Assembly (NCBI GenBank): GCA_003649205.1
Contig: QMRC01000001.1
Coordinates: 308,624-372,623, forward strand
Reading direction: 5' to 3'
Origin: Thermoprotei archaeon
Lineage (GTDB): Archaea; Thermoproteota; Thermoprotei; Thermoproteales; B15-G16
Length of the DNA: 64,000 bases
Shown here one piece after another: positions 48,782 through 57,509 of this stretch. The notes under the pieces are model-generated. The model ran no database searches. It was not told the origin of the DNA and was given only the letters and a program-made list of their open reading frames with translations. A program made the translations under genes and the position numbers. Numbering within the stretch: position 1 is the stretch's first letter; each line of letters opens with the position of its first letter.

Positions 48782-49942
48782 TTAGTAGTAGTCTCCTAGT
48801 AGCCAGATGTTTCCTATGTGTACGTCCTTGAGTCCTTCTTCCTTGGCTGCTCTTACGCATTCGTAGGCATGTCTTGTGCTTGTTGGTGGTAGGTCGTTCA
48901 TTAAGTAATCTGGGTGGAATGCTAGTAGGCTTAGTGGTATGTCTGGGTCTATGTCTGCTAGGAATCTAGCTATTTGCCTTACCTCCTCTACATCTACGTA
49001 ACCTGGTACCAGTAGTACGCTAGCTACTATGAGTGGTGGTTCCTTTCTCTCGTGTAGGTACTTGTCTGCTACGTACTTTATGTTCTCGAAGAGTGGTCTA
49101 TTGTCGCAGCCTGTCAGTGCCTTATATATGCTTGGTGTCCAGGCTTTAATGTCGAACTTTATGCATCCACCGCTTTCAAGTGAGAGTTCAACTGCTTTCT
49201 TTAGGAATTCACGATTCATTAAGCCATTTGTCTCCCAACAAATTCTCAAGATTCTACCTTTTGCTCTAGCTCTCTCTAGTGCTATCTCACTTGTCTTGAT
49301 TGCATGTGGCATCTGTGGTGATGGGTCTCCACCGAAGTAGCATATACAGGATACTCTAGCATGTACCTTAGATGCTAGTTCCTCAGCTGTGTACGTTGGA
49401 CTTAGCTTTGCTGTAAGGTTCCTATAGTGCCAGTTCTGGCAGAAGAGGCAATCTAGGTTACAGGCTCCATAGAAGACTGCTAGGTTGTAGTATCCGTACT
49501 CAGGTCCTCCACTTGAGTACGAGTACTTTGGATATCCTCTACCTGTACATCCTGGACATACCCAATCAGCTACGCAATTCGTCGGTAGTGGATCGTAGTA
49601 CCACTCGAGTATGGCCTTATCTGGTGTTCCTGCTAAGCGAACTAATTTACCACCCTCGTTCTTGACTAAACCACAGAAACCAAATCTACCTTCACCAATA
49701 ATGCACTCGTTAGCACACATCGTGCACCTGAGACCACCTGAATCTCTTGGTGGTTCAGGTGGTAGTCCGTACTGTCCCCTACTTTCCTCATGCCCTTTCA
49801 TCGCTATCTTCAGAGCTTCATCAGGATTACTTCTCAAGCAATCACTACACACACCGATTACACGAGATATAGTCACGGACTCCTTACCGCAGAGTACACA
49901 CCTTTTCTTCCTAAAGACCAGTCCTGACAATACTCTCCACAT
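48782..49942 (-). CDS. Radical SAM enzyme (PflA/AmmeMemoRadiSam-like)
   Basis: CNLDCLFCQNW, FGGDP, WETNG, extra Cys clusters. Confidence 0.88.
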   Translation of the reverse strand: MWRVLSGLVFRKKRCVLCGKESVTISRVIGVCSDCLRSNPDEALKIAMKGHEESRGQYGLPPEPPRDSGGLRCTMCANECIIGEGRFGFCGLVKNEGGKLVRLAGTPDKAILEWYYDPLPTNCVADWVCPGCTGRGYPKYSYSSGGPEYGYYNLAVFYGACNLDCLFCQNWHYRNLTAKLSPTYTAEELASKVHARVSCICYFGGDPSPQMPHAIKTSEIALERARAKGRILRICWETNGLMNREFLKKAVELSLESGGCIKFDIKAWTPSIYKALTGCDNRPLFENIKYVADKYLHERKEPPLIVASVLLVPGYVDVEEVRQIARFLADIDPDIPLSLLAFHPDYLMNDLPPTSTRHAYECVRAAKEEGLKDVHIGNIWLLGDYY

Positions 49943-49997
49943 ACTACCTCAAGTTGTTGAGGTATCTAACGTGGTATTAAGGGTAGCTACCTAGTGA

Positions 49998-50046
49998 TCA
50001 GTTAGCTGCCACCTCTTCACCAATCCGCTGTGGTCGGGTTCATCAC
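49998..50046 (-). ncRNA. Box C/D guide sRNA
   Basis: GTGATGA-acccgaccacag-CGGA-ttg-GTGAAGA-ggtggcagctaa-CTGA. Confidence 0.85.
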
Positions 50047-50078
50047 TTTCCCTTGTGAGTAATTGTGAAGAGAGGTAC

Positions 50079-50129
50079 TCAGCCCATGCGAGTCCTCTTC
50101 ACTCAATCCGTCGGTTGATCCTTCATCAC
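50079..50129 (-). ncRNA. Box C/D guide sRNA targeting the 16S 5' end
   Basis: GTGATGA-aggatcaaccga-CGGA-ttga-GTGAAGA-ggactcgcatggg-CTGA; complementary to 16S CGGUUGAUCCU and CCAUGCGAGUC. Confidence 0.93.
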
Positions 50130-50171
50130 CTAACTAACCCACGTATTAAACCCTAATAAATTTGTTAGGTC

Positions 50172-50255
50172 TGTGCCCCCGCCTCTACCGCCCACACTAT
50201 CATCGTGAGGAGGTACGCTCCTCACTCTGGTGTGTAGGCCGGGGGTGCGGGGGCA
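50172..50255 (-). ncRNA. Single-hairpin H/ACA guide RNA
   Basis: P1 GCCCCCGC/GCGGGGGC then ACA; pocket; P2 CACAC/GUGUG; K-turn (caGA / GAUGA); apical stem GUGAGGAG/CUCCUCAC. Confidence 0.85.
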
Positions 50256-50334
50256 TGCTCCCTACTCCTCATGTACTTGATAAGGGTTCCTTCATGGATT
50301 CTGTCTAGTTGAATTGAGATAAACCTCCTCTAGC

Positions 50335-51222
50335 GTGTTCTCGTGGGTGATTGTTGTGGGTGTGAGACCTCTGAGAGCTTTCATTTCGGTTGATATGGAG
50401 GGTATGCCGTACGTTGTGCTTCCTGAGGAGTTGAGTCACAAGAGGACTCCTGCTCTCTACGGTGAGGCAAGGAAGGTCATGACTAGGGTAACTAAGGTAG
50501 TTGCTGAGACACTTCACGAGATGGGGTTTAGTGAGGTAGTGGTTGCTGATAGCCATGGCTACATGGTGAATCTCATCGCTGATGAGCTGCCTGAGTATGT
50601 AACCATTGTGAGGGGATTCCCTAGGCCAATCAGCATGATGTGTGGTGTACAGGGCTGTAATGTAGCTCTATTCCTCGGTTACCACGCTAGAGCTGGTGTG
50701 GCGAGGGCTACCTTCGATCACACGTACAGTGGTGCCCACATATACTCCGTACGTATTAATGGTGTTGAGGTCAGTGAGTACTTACTCAACACGTACGTAG
50801 CTGGTTACTATGGTGTACCTGTCATACTGGTTGCTGGTGATGAGAGGTTGGTAAACGATGAGGTTAGGAGGTACACACCTTGGAGTGAGAGGATTGTGCT
50901 GAAGAGAGGACTAACTAGGTGGTCTGCTCAATCACCTGCAATGTCTAGGATTGAGCAGATGCTTAGAGAGGGTGTTAAGAGAGCTGTTGAGAGGTGGAGA
51001 AGGAGATTGATGAGAGTTCTTAGACCACCAGCACCTGTAAATCTAGAGGTTGTGTTCACGAGTACTCTCTACGCTGATATAGCTGAGTTACTACCAGGAG
51101 TACAGAGAATTAACGGTAGGACAGTTACCTATAGAGCACCTAACATACTGGATGCGTATAGGGTACTCGAGTTGATGGTATTGGCTTGTGCAGCTACTAG
51201 AGCAATGAGTGGAGATCTGTGA
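50335..51222 (+). CDS. dppA: M55 D-aminopeptidase (DppA family)
   Basis: ISVDMEG, ADSHG, GYHA, DHTY, AGD. Confidence 0.92.
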   Translation: MFSWVIVVGVRPLRAFISVDMEGMPYVVLPEELSHKRTPALYGEARKVMTRVTKVVAETLHEMGFSEVVVADSHGYMVNLIADELPEYVTIVRGFPRPISMMCGVQGCNVALFLGYHARAGVARATFDHTYSGAHIYSVRINGVEVSEYLLNTYVAGYYGVPVILVAGDERLVNDEVRRYTPWSERIVLKRGLTRWSAQSPAMSRIEQMLREGVKRAVERWRRRLMRVLRPPAPVNLEVVFTSTLYADIAELLPGVQRINGRTVTYRAPNILDAYRVLELMVLACAATRAMSGDL

Positions 51223-51233
51223 AGTCACTTTCT

Positions 51234-51551
51234 CTACTTCTCACTAATTACCTCATGGTAGTTCTCAGGTACTTCATCAGGTCTCAGTAAGTACTTGAGA
51301 TTACGTGCTCTCAGCTTGGGAATTGCGTTAATTAGCTTTACCTCGTACTTAAGCTTGAACCTCTTCACACCACCTTCATCCACAATGGTGACGTCATCTA
51401 GTGAGCACGAACCTCTGACGTAGGACACCTTAGTCAGCAACTCACATAACTCCCTCCAATGATCTTCACATAGGGGTACATCTACACCACTTAACTTAAT
51501 CACTAAGCTACCTAACTTACTACAGAGCGCACAAGTTCTCTGAACACTCAT
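51234..51551 (-). CDS. Hypothetical Zn-binding protein
   Basis: CALC...LCEDH. Confidence 0.6.
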   Translation of the reverse strand: MSVQRTCALCSKLGSLVIKLSGVDVPLCEDHWRELCELLTKVSYVRGSCSLDDVTIVDEGGVKRFKLKYEVKLINAIPKLRARNLKYLLRPDEVPENYHEVISEK

Positions 51552-51593
51552 ACACGGTAATTAGGGGTAATCACTTTCGACTAATAAGATTTA

Positions 51594-51645
51594 TCAGCGA
51601 CGTGCAAAATCGTCACTCATCAGCTACGCGGGGCGAATTCATCAC
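51594..51645 (-). ncRNA. Box C/D guide sRNA, probably targeting 23S
   Basis: GTGATGA-attcgccccgcgtag-CTGA-tga-GTGACGA-ttttgcacgtcg-CTGA; D guide complementary to 23S GACGUGCAA. Confidence 0.88.
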
Positions 51646-51667
51646 TTTGAGCAAGATATCATACGTG

Positions 51668-51727
51668 TGTAGCTCCCAGCACCTACCCTCATCGAGCCCC
51701 TAAGGGTACTCAGGTAGGTGTGCCCCT
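51668..51727 (-). ncRNA. K-turn hairpin RNA with 3' ACA (H/ACA-like)
   Basis: CACCUACC-uGA-guaccc-uuag-gggcuc-GAU-GA-g-GGUAGGUG-cugggagcu-ACA. Confidence 0.65.
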
Positions 51728-51764
51728 TGATGACTATTCACGAGTACTAAATTAAGGTTACTGA

Positions 51765-52589
51765 CTATGTCGTGTCTGAGCTACTAACGATCTCCTCTAT
51801 CTCCTTAACAAATTCAAGTGCTTCACTAGGGTTTGATGCTGAGGTCACTACGTAGATATCTTGCTTAGCTGAGCCGTGTGCTATAACTAGCTTTATGTTA
51901 CCTCTATCATCAACACGAGTAATCCTAACCCGTACACCACCTCTACCCTTACTACCCTTAGCCTCAATCCTACCAGGGACTATCCTCTTGACAAAGGGTA
52001 ACTCAGCTATCTTGAGTAGTAGTTCAAGAGCCTTCGAACCACCTATAATGGTCGTATGGGAACCACTTATCTTATCAACTGGATTGACATCACTAACAGC
52101 TATGTACCTAGCGCTAGGCCACTCCCTAGATCTCACATACTCTACACACCTATCTAAATCCCCTTCACTCAACTCAATAACTGGGAAGTGGGCGAGTAGC
52201 GTGAACTCACGAACGAAATCCCTGTAGTGTGAGTAGAGGTATACCTTACTAGGTCTCTTCCTATGAACGTACTCAAATACCCAATGTACTAAGTTCCTGA
52301 GAGAAACTCTGTAACCGTGTTCAGACCTATCGTATAGGTCTAGGTACGTTCTCTCACGTCTATGATGTAGTACTGAACCACTGCGGTCAAATAGCATGAT
52401 GTCAATGTACTTCTGACTTATGTAGATCAGGACTAGGCTAGTAGCTGATCTACCACAGTAAGGACAAAAATCACCAATATCTTCAAGCTCAGAGAAGCAG
52501 TATGGACACTTCCACACGTAATATTGTGGACAACTATGTATTAAAAGGGAGTCGTACTTCAGTAAATGATCTACAACCCTAAAAAGCAA
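51765..52589 (-). CDS. DUF2103-domain protein with N-terminal Zn ribbon
   Basis: CPYC...CPYCG; KISGSHTTIIGG, KRIVPG.I, GSAKQ. Confidence 0.75.
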   Translation of the reverse strand: MLFRVVDHLLKYDSLLIHSCPQYYVWKCPYCFSELEDIGDFCPYCGRSATSLVLIYISQKYIDIMLFDRSGSVLHHRRERTYLDLYDRSEHGYRVSLRNLVHWVFEYVHRKRPSKVYLYSHYRDFVREFTLLAHFPVIELSEGDLDRCVEYVRSREWPSARYIAVSDVNPVDKISGSHTTIIGGSKALELLLKIAELPFVKRIVPGRIEAKGSKGRGGVRVRITRVDDRGNIKLVIAHGSAKQDIYVVTSASNPSEALEFVKEIEEIVSSSDTT

Positions 52590-52626
52590 TGGGTTAGTAA
52601 GGTTAATTACTCAGGAGCTACCTACG

Positions 52627-53091
52627 TTGACTATGAGAAGGAGAAGGACTTTAGTAATAGGTCTCGCACTAGCTCTAGTAGCGACGTTGCTAGTAGTTAC
52701 GATGTACACTACATTAATGGGTGAACGACCTATCGAAACTATTCAAACTAAGGTGATTGAGATACTTCGAGAACCTGAGAAGTACTATAATAGAGTTGTT
52801 CTCATAGAGGGTAAGTTCATGGGTTGGTACGTACCTAAGAACTTAACTGGACCACCCATATTGACACCACCAGTCACTAGGAGTGATTGGGTAATTGCTG
52901 ATGATACTGGTTGGATCTACGTATCAGCTACGTCACCAGCTAGGTGTAGCCTCAAACCCTTCTCTAGAGAAGATGTTGGTGCTAAGATCATTGTGAAAGC
53001 AGTAGTTAAGCTACGAGAGATAGAGACTAAGGAAGGTACTGTCAAGGTACCTTACCTCTATGCACTTGAGTGCATAGTACTCAAGACGTAA
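52627..53091 (+). CDS. Membrane-anchored OB-fold-like protein
   Basis: N-terminal TM; PPVTRSDWVIADDTGWIYV. Confidence 0.65.
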   Translation: MTMRRRRTLVIGLALALVATLLVVTMYTTLMGERPIETIQTKVIEILREPEKYYNRVVLIEGKFMGWYVPKNLTGPPILTPPVTRSDWVIADDTGWIYVSATSPARCSLKPFSREDVGAKIIVKAVVKLREIETKEGTVKVPYLYALECIVLKT

Positions 53092-53125
53092 AGTCAATAA
53101 TTCCGAGGGTAGTTACTGAAGTTAG

Positions 53126-53174
53126 GTGATGATGGACGTCCTTGCTGATAGGTGCTGAATCTCAGCGGGGCTGA
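53126..53174 (+). ncRNA. Box C/D guide sRNA
   Basis: GTGATGA-tggacgtccttg-CTGA-tag-GTGCTGA-atctcagcgggg-CTGA. Confidence 0.88.
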
Positions 53175-53269
53175 TCTAGGTAAGTACATGTAATGGCGAC
53201 CACCGTAGTCTCGGTCACGTAGTGGTTAAGTAGAAAGTTTCTTCACGGATCCCTCTACTCACCTAGTGT

Positions 53270-53329
53270 GCGGGATGAGCGAAGGCGGGCTTACGTGACT
53301 GATGATCGATTACAGCTGGGCGCGACCGC
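53270..53329 (+). ncRNA. Atypical box C/D sRNA with long guides to the 16S central domain
   Basis: gcgg-GATGA-gcgaaggcgggcttac-GTGA-c-TGATGA-tcgattacagctgggc-GCGA-ccgc; complementary to 16S UAAGCCCGCC and CCCAGCUGUAA. Confidence 0.7.
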
Positions 53330-53411
53330 CTGCAAAGCTTATTTCCTGCAGAACGTGAGAGAAAAAGGTAGTCGAAGAACTCATCTCTTACCTACCTCAG
53401 GCAGCTTACCT

Positions 53412-53948
53412 CTAGCAATTCCTTTCCTTCAGTACCCTCTTCATTGTTTCCAGTATTATCCTATGTACCTCGTAGGGTCTCTCAAGTGCTTCCAGTCTTA
53501 CTGGTGCTGTGCCTATACCCTTGACAATCACCGTACCTGTTCCATAGATCCTATCCCAGAACCCAACATTTATCCTCACATCCGTGATACTCGCTAGATC
53601 AATCATGTCGTAGTCAATACCCACAACACCCTTCCTCTTAATCAACCTCCTATTGGTCATTATGTACATGGCGTTCTTACACTCAAGAGCTCTAGCAATA
53701 GGTGTTAGTAACCCAATTAGTGCTAAGAGACCAAACCATATGCTAAAGAAGATCATTGCAGCTGGTTGCCTAAAGACCTTTGGACCAGCCGTGGATAGTA
53801 CTATAGCTAGTGTGAATACAGCAAATCCAATTGTGAATATTGTGAGGGGTAGTGCTTGCACTAGGTACACCTTTGGTACAGGTCTCGAGAACCACGCTAT
53901 CCTCTCTTCAGGCATGAGAATTCTGTAGACGTCTTCAGGTACCTCCAT
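53412..53948 (-). CDS. Membrane protein with bacterial PH domain
   Basis: 2 TM, YIMTNRR, DRIYGTGTV. Confidence 0.8.
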   Translation of the reverse strand: MEVPEDVYRILMPEERIAWFSRPVPKVYLVQALPLTIFTIGFAVFTLAIVLSTAGPKVFRQPAAMIFFSIWFGLLALIGLLTPIARALECKNAMYIMTNRRLIKRKGVVGIDYDMIDLASITDVRINVGFWDRIYGTGTVIVKGIGTAPVRLEALERPYEVHRIILETMKRVLKERNC

Positions 53949-54026
53949 TCAAGGCACCATCTAGAGAGCTGTGAGGTAAGCTAAAAATGTAACTCACGGC
54001 ACTACCTCAGTCTTAGGTATTCGGTG

Positions 54027-54499
54027 ATGTATGCTAGGGTATTTGCTCTTGTCAGTAGTCCTAGGTTGGGTAATACGTATTGACTCTGTACGCTCTTTAT
54101 CGATGAGTTGAGATTGATAGGGGTGGTAAGTGCCCTATCGAGGATGATTTTGATTACTGAGGAAAGATGTTGAGGAGTGTGATCTCTTCATCCTCGCTTC
54201 ACCAGTATACGTTGTCAATGTTAGTGCTCAGTTGAAGACTTTTCTTGATAAGACTTGTTCCTGACCCCCATAAACCTCCATTCCTCGGTAAGTACGCTAC
54301 CGTGGATGCTACTACAGCTCACCATGGTCTAGTAGCTGTACTCAGGACTTTGAGGACTTATGTCGTTGCTTGGGGTATGGTTTGTCTTGGTGAGATAGGT
54401 GCTGTGTCTTGGAGTAGAGGAATGGTTAATGAGGAAAGGGTAGTGAGGAGGATTAGGTTGTTAGCTGAGAAGGTAGTTAAGGTTCTTGAGGTGAGGTAG
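54027..54499 (+). pseudogene. Flavodoxin/NAD(P)H-FMN reductase family pseudogene
   Basis: SSPRLGNTY* (TGA 54081), then in other frames DLFILASPVYVVNVSAQLKTF and PFLGKY...WGM. Confidence 0.75.
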
Positions 54500-54575
54500 T
54501 ACCTGAACCATCATTACTTGACTTAATAGCATTTGAGAGTTTCAGGTACAGAGCTAAATCAGCACAGAGTTGATG

Positions 54576-55091
54576 TTACCTATAAGTGCATTGTTCTACG
54601 GGTAATAGCGTAGCTGCGAACTTAGCTACTACGTGACCAGAGAGGACATCGTACTTACGGTAGTTATCTACCCAAGTTAATTCAATGACCTTACGCACTC
54701 TCTCCTTGTACCTCACAACTAGGTTGCATTCGCCTCTAGCAACTACATTACCGTACCTATCCTCGAACTTCACGACTATGTACCCAGTGAACTTACACCT
54801 AATGAAGTTGTGTACCGTAACCTCTACGAATTTCCACCTATCACCAAAGGTTCTAGGTATGTGGACATACACCTCAATCACGGGGCTCTCCGGATATGGT
54901 CTACCTATGAATCTATAGAGCTTGTCCTCCACTACAGGATACATCAAACCAGTAACCTCCACAGTCATTGGGTGTAGTGCGAAGAGAGCTTGCTTCAGTA
55001 CGTACCCGAGAACTAGTGTGCTACATAGCAATGCTATAGCTGATATCACGATGTAGAGTATAGTCTTGCTACTCATGAGGAATCTCCACAT
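54576..55091 (-). CDS. Membrane-anchored hypothetical protein
   Basis: N-terminal TM, beta-rich domain. Confidence 0.6.
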   Translation of the reverse strand: MWRFLMSSKTILYIVISAIALLCSTLVLGYVLKQALFALHPMTVEVTGLMYPVVEDKLYRFIGRPYPESPVIEVYVHIPRTFGDRWKFVEVTVHNFIRCKFTGYIVVKFEDRYGNVVARGECNLVVRYKERVRKVIELTWVDNYRKYDVLSGHVVAKFAATLLPVEQCTYR

Positions 55092-55142
55092 AGGGTCTAC
55101 GGATGTGCTTCCCCACCTATCTAGTTAAGAGTCTTGAATTAA

Positions 55143-56210
55143 CTAGGTTATCTCCTTGACCTCTGAGAGTAGTTCATCAATCTCTATCTCAGCAAATCCT
55201 ATGAAGGAATCCGACGCACCATACGTAATGAGTAACCTATCTCCATACCTTTGTGCTCCGCATGGGAATACTACGTATGGTCTATCCCCATACTTCTCAT
55301 AAGGAGTCCTAGGCTCCATAATGTAGTGTGGAGTGATACCAGATATCGTGAGCTTACCACCTTCATAACGTAGAAGAAGGGCAAATACTCTATATACCTG
55401 ATCTACGTTTACGGCGTGAGCTAGTATCAGGTACTCATCGTCACTAATCTTTATAGGTGCTGTATCCCATCCCAGTGCTTCCTCGAAGGTAGCTGGAATC
55501 ATTAGGACGTAGTTATTACGGATCATTACTTCACTGACGTCGCTTCTCTTCAAGTTCTCAAGTAAGTCATCTCTGTGCACTTCACCAACCCATAGACACT
55601 GTGGAAAGTTGAGGAAGTGTGGTACGTGGAGTATGAAGATCTCTTCGCTACCTGTATCGAGTACTACCGTATCCCTGACCCCAGTGAGGTGATGTCTAAG
55701 TGATTTAGGTAGCGTAAGGTATGATACCTTCCTCCAGCAGTAACCGTCCTTAGATAGAGCAACTACAGGTACTGTACCCTCAACTACATCACTAACGTAC
55801 AACCTAGCTGCAGACCTACCTACGTACGTTATTGCTAGGTACTCACCAAGGTTTTGAATTCTAGGATCTTCACACCCCCACAGATCAATCTCGAGATCAG
55901 GTGCGAGAACCAGCTGAGCACTGTACTTCTTACCAATCAAGTCACCACAGTAAACGTCATCTAGCTTCAGCTCTAGATGTGCAATAGCACTAACATACCT
56001 GAAGTACCCGAGGACAACTCGAGTATATAGATGGAGGGTTTTGTTCCTAGCAAGGAACGTCGTATTGAAGGCAGCTACAGGAACCTTCTTCGGGTAGTTC
56101 TCTAACGTTATGTTTTCAGGAGATAGTACACTAAGTCTCTTACCAAGATCCCTCACCGTAGGTTTTCTCAACTCATTAACCTTATCTACCTGTGGAAGTA
56201 TGTGAAGCAT
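55143..56210 (-). CDS. GH130/DUF377-family glycosidase or phosphorylase
   Basis: AFN, GCEDPR, EP...YE..GD.P.VVFPCG, YGASD. Confidence 0.85.
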   Translation of the reverse strand: MLHILPQVDKVNELRKPTVRDLGKRLSVLSPENITLENYPKKVPVAAFNTTFLARNKTLHLYTRVVLGYFRYVSAIAHLELKLDDVYCGDLIGKKYSAQLVLAPDLEIDLWGCEDPRIQNLGEYLAITYVGRSAARLYVSDVVEGTVPVVALSKDGYCWRKVSYLTLPKSLRHHLTGVRDTVVLDTGSEEIFILHVPHFLNFPQCLWVGEVHRDDLLENLKRSDVSEVMIRNNYVLMIPATFEEALGWDTAPIKISDDEYLILAHAVNVDQVYRVFALLLRYEGGKLTISGITPHYIMEPRTPYEKYGDRPYVVFPCGAQRYGDRLLITYGASDSFIGFAEIEIDELLSEVKEIT

Positions 56211-56484
56211 GAAGTCCTACTCTCCACGACCCTTGAGCACTGTACCCAATATTTATCACTACTCCTAACAGTAGCTATGTAGTAGCTGAGTAATACACAG
56301 TCACCAATATGCTGTTTCCACACATAGAGTACGGATTTACTACACAGCAAATACCTTATATACCCCCATCCGTGACTATAAACCACCCTACCTGCTCTGA
56401 GCCCCTTCCTGAAGGACCTAACTGATTGCAGTAAGGGTATAATACTGGTTAAAATTTACTGAAGCGCAGAGTAAGGCGACCTCT

Positions 56485-57498
56485 ATGGTCTTATCCTCGA
56501 GAGCTTACTCCTCTACCCTTAGGAGAGAGTTCAAGACAGTAGACATAGTCAAGAGAATTAACTTCGTATACCCTGATCAAGTAGTTGTTGAAGGTTATAG
56601 ACGAAGGCCAACTGCCATATTCAATCCAGGTCTAGTTCTTGAAGGTAGTGTGCTACGTGTATATCCTCGACTTCAGTTCGAGTACTACAACTACGTAGCT
56701 TGTATTGGGTACTTTGAAGTTGATGTGAGTGAAGTCAAGTCGCTTAGTTCTGTGAGGTGTAGAATCGTTGTCTATCCAACTCTAAGTGTTGAGTACCTTG
56801 GTTGTGAAGATCCTAGGGTTCAGAAGATAGGTAGTGAGTACGTGATGCTGTATACAGGTGTTGGTGCTACGCCCAATCCTGAACGCTTCCCCTATCCAAG
56901 GAACTTCATATGGTATAAAGCGCACCTCTGCATTGCTGTGAGTAGGGATGGCGTTAACTGGAGTAAGTTAGGGTATGTCAAGATGGAGGGTGAGGTTCCT
57001 GTTCATGATAAGGATGCCTTCATAGTTAGGTGTGGAGATAGCTACGTACTATTCCATAGACCAACCATTGGTAATCAAAATGAGTGCTGGAGAGGAGTGC
57101 TAGATCTAGGTACGCTAAATACTACAAACAACACGATAGTCATACCCTGTATGGAGTTTGAAGAACGTGTAGGTTGGTCAACACCACCGATAGAGGTTGA
57201 TGGTAGTTACCTAGTCTTTGTACATGCTAAGTGTGTGGATTTGAGGTATAGAGTCTTCGCATGTCTACTAGATAGGAAGACACTTGAGGTAGTAGCCATG
57301 ACACCGTACTACATAATGGAGCCTAAGGAGTTACAGGAAATGCTTGGTGATACAGCACATGTGGTCTATCCCTGTGGTGCGGTTAAGGTAGATGATAAGG
57401 TGATTATTGCGTATGGTGCTGCGGATTGGTGTATGGGGTTTGGTGAAGTTGATCTTAGTGAGTTAATGCATCACCTAGATAGGGGTCGTGTGATGTAG
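56485..57498 (+). CDS. GH130/DUF377-family glycosidase or phosphorylase
   Basis: FNPG, GCEDPR, KD, FHRP, VVYPCG, YGAAD. Confidence 0.88.
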   Translation: MVLSSRAYSSTLRREFKTVDIVKRINFVYPDQVVVEGYRRRPTAIFNPGLVLEGSVLRVYPRLQFEYYNYVACIGYFEVDVSEVKSLSSVRCRIVVYPTLSVEYLGCEDPRVQKIGSEYVMLYTGVGATPNPERFPYPRNFIWYKAHLCIAVSRDGVNWSKLGYVKMEGEVPVHDKDAFIVRCGDSYVLFHRPTIGNQNECWRGVLDLGTLNTTNNTIVIPCMEFEERVGWSTPPIEVDGSYLVFVHAKCVDLRYRVFACLLDRKTLEVVAMTPYYIMEPKELQEMLGDTAHVVYPCGAVKVDDKVIIAYGAADWCMGFGEVDLSELMHHLDRGRVM

Positions 57499-57509
57499 TT
57501 TGTAGGTAA

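Noticed and set aside
53268-53597. 109-aa plus-strand ORF
   Set aside because: Overlaps a C/D sRNA and is antisense to the PH-domain gene
56186-56386. 66-aa ORF upstream of the GH130 gene, a possible frameshifted N-terminus
   Set aside because: No motif, and the GH130 ORF is already full length relative to its paralog
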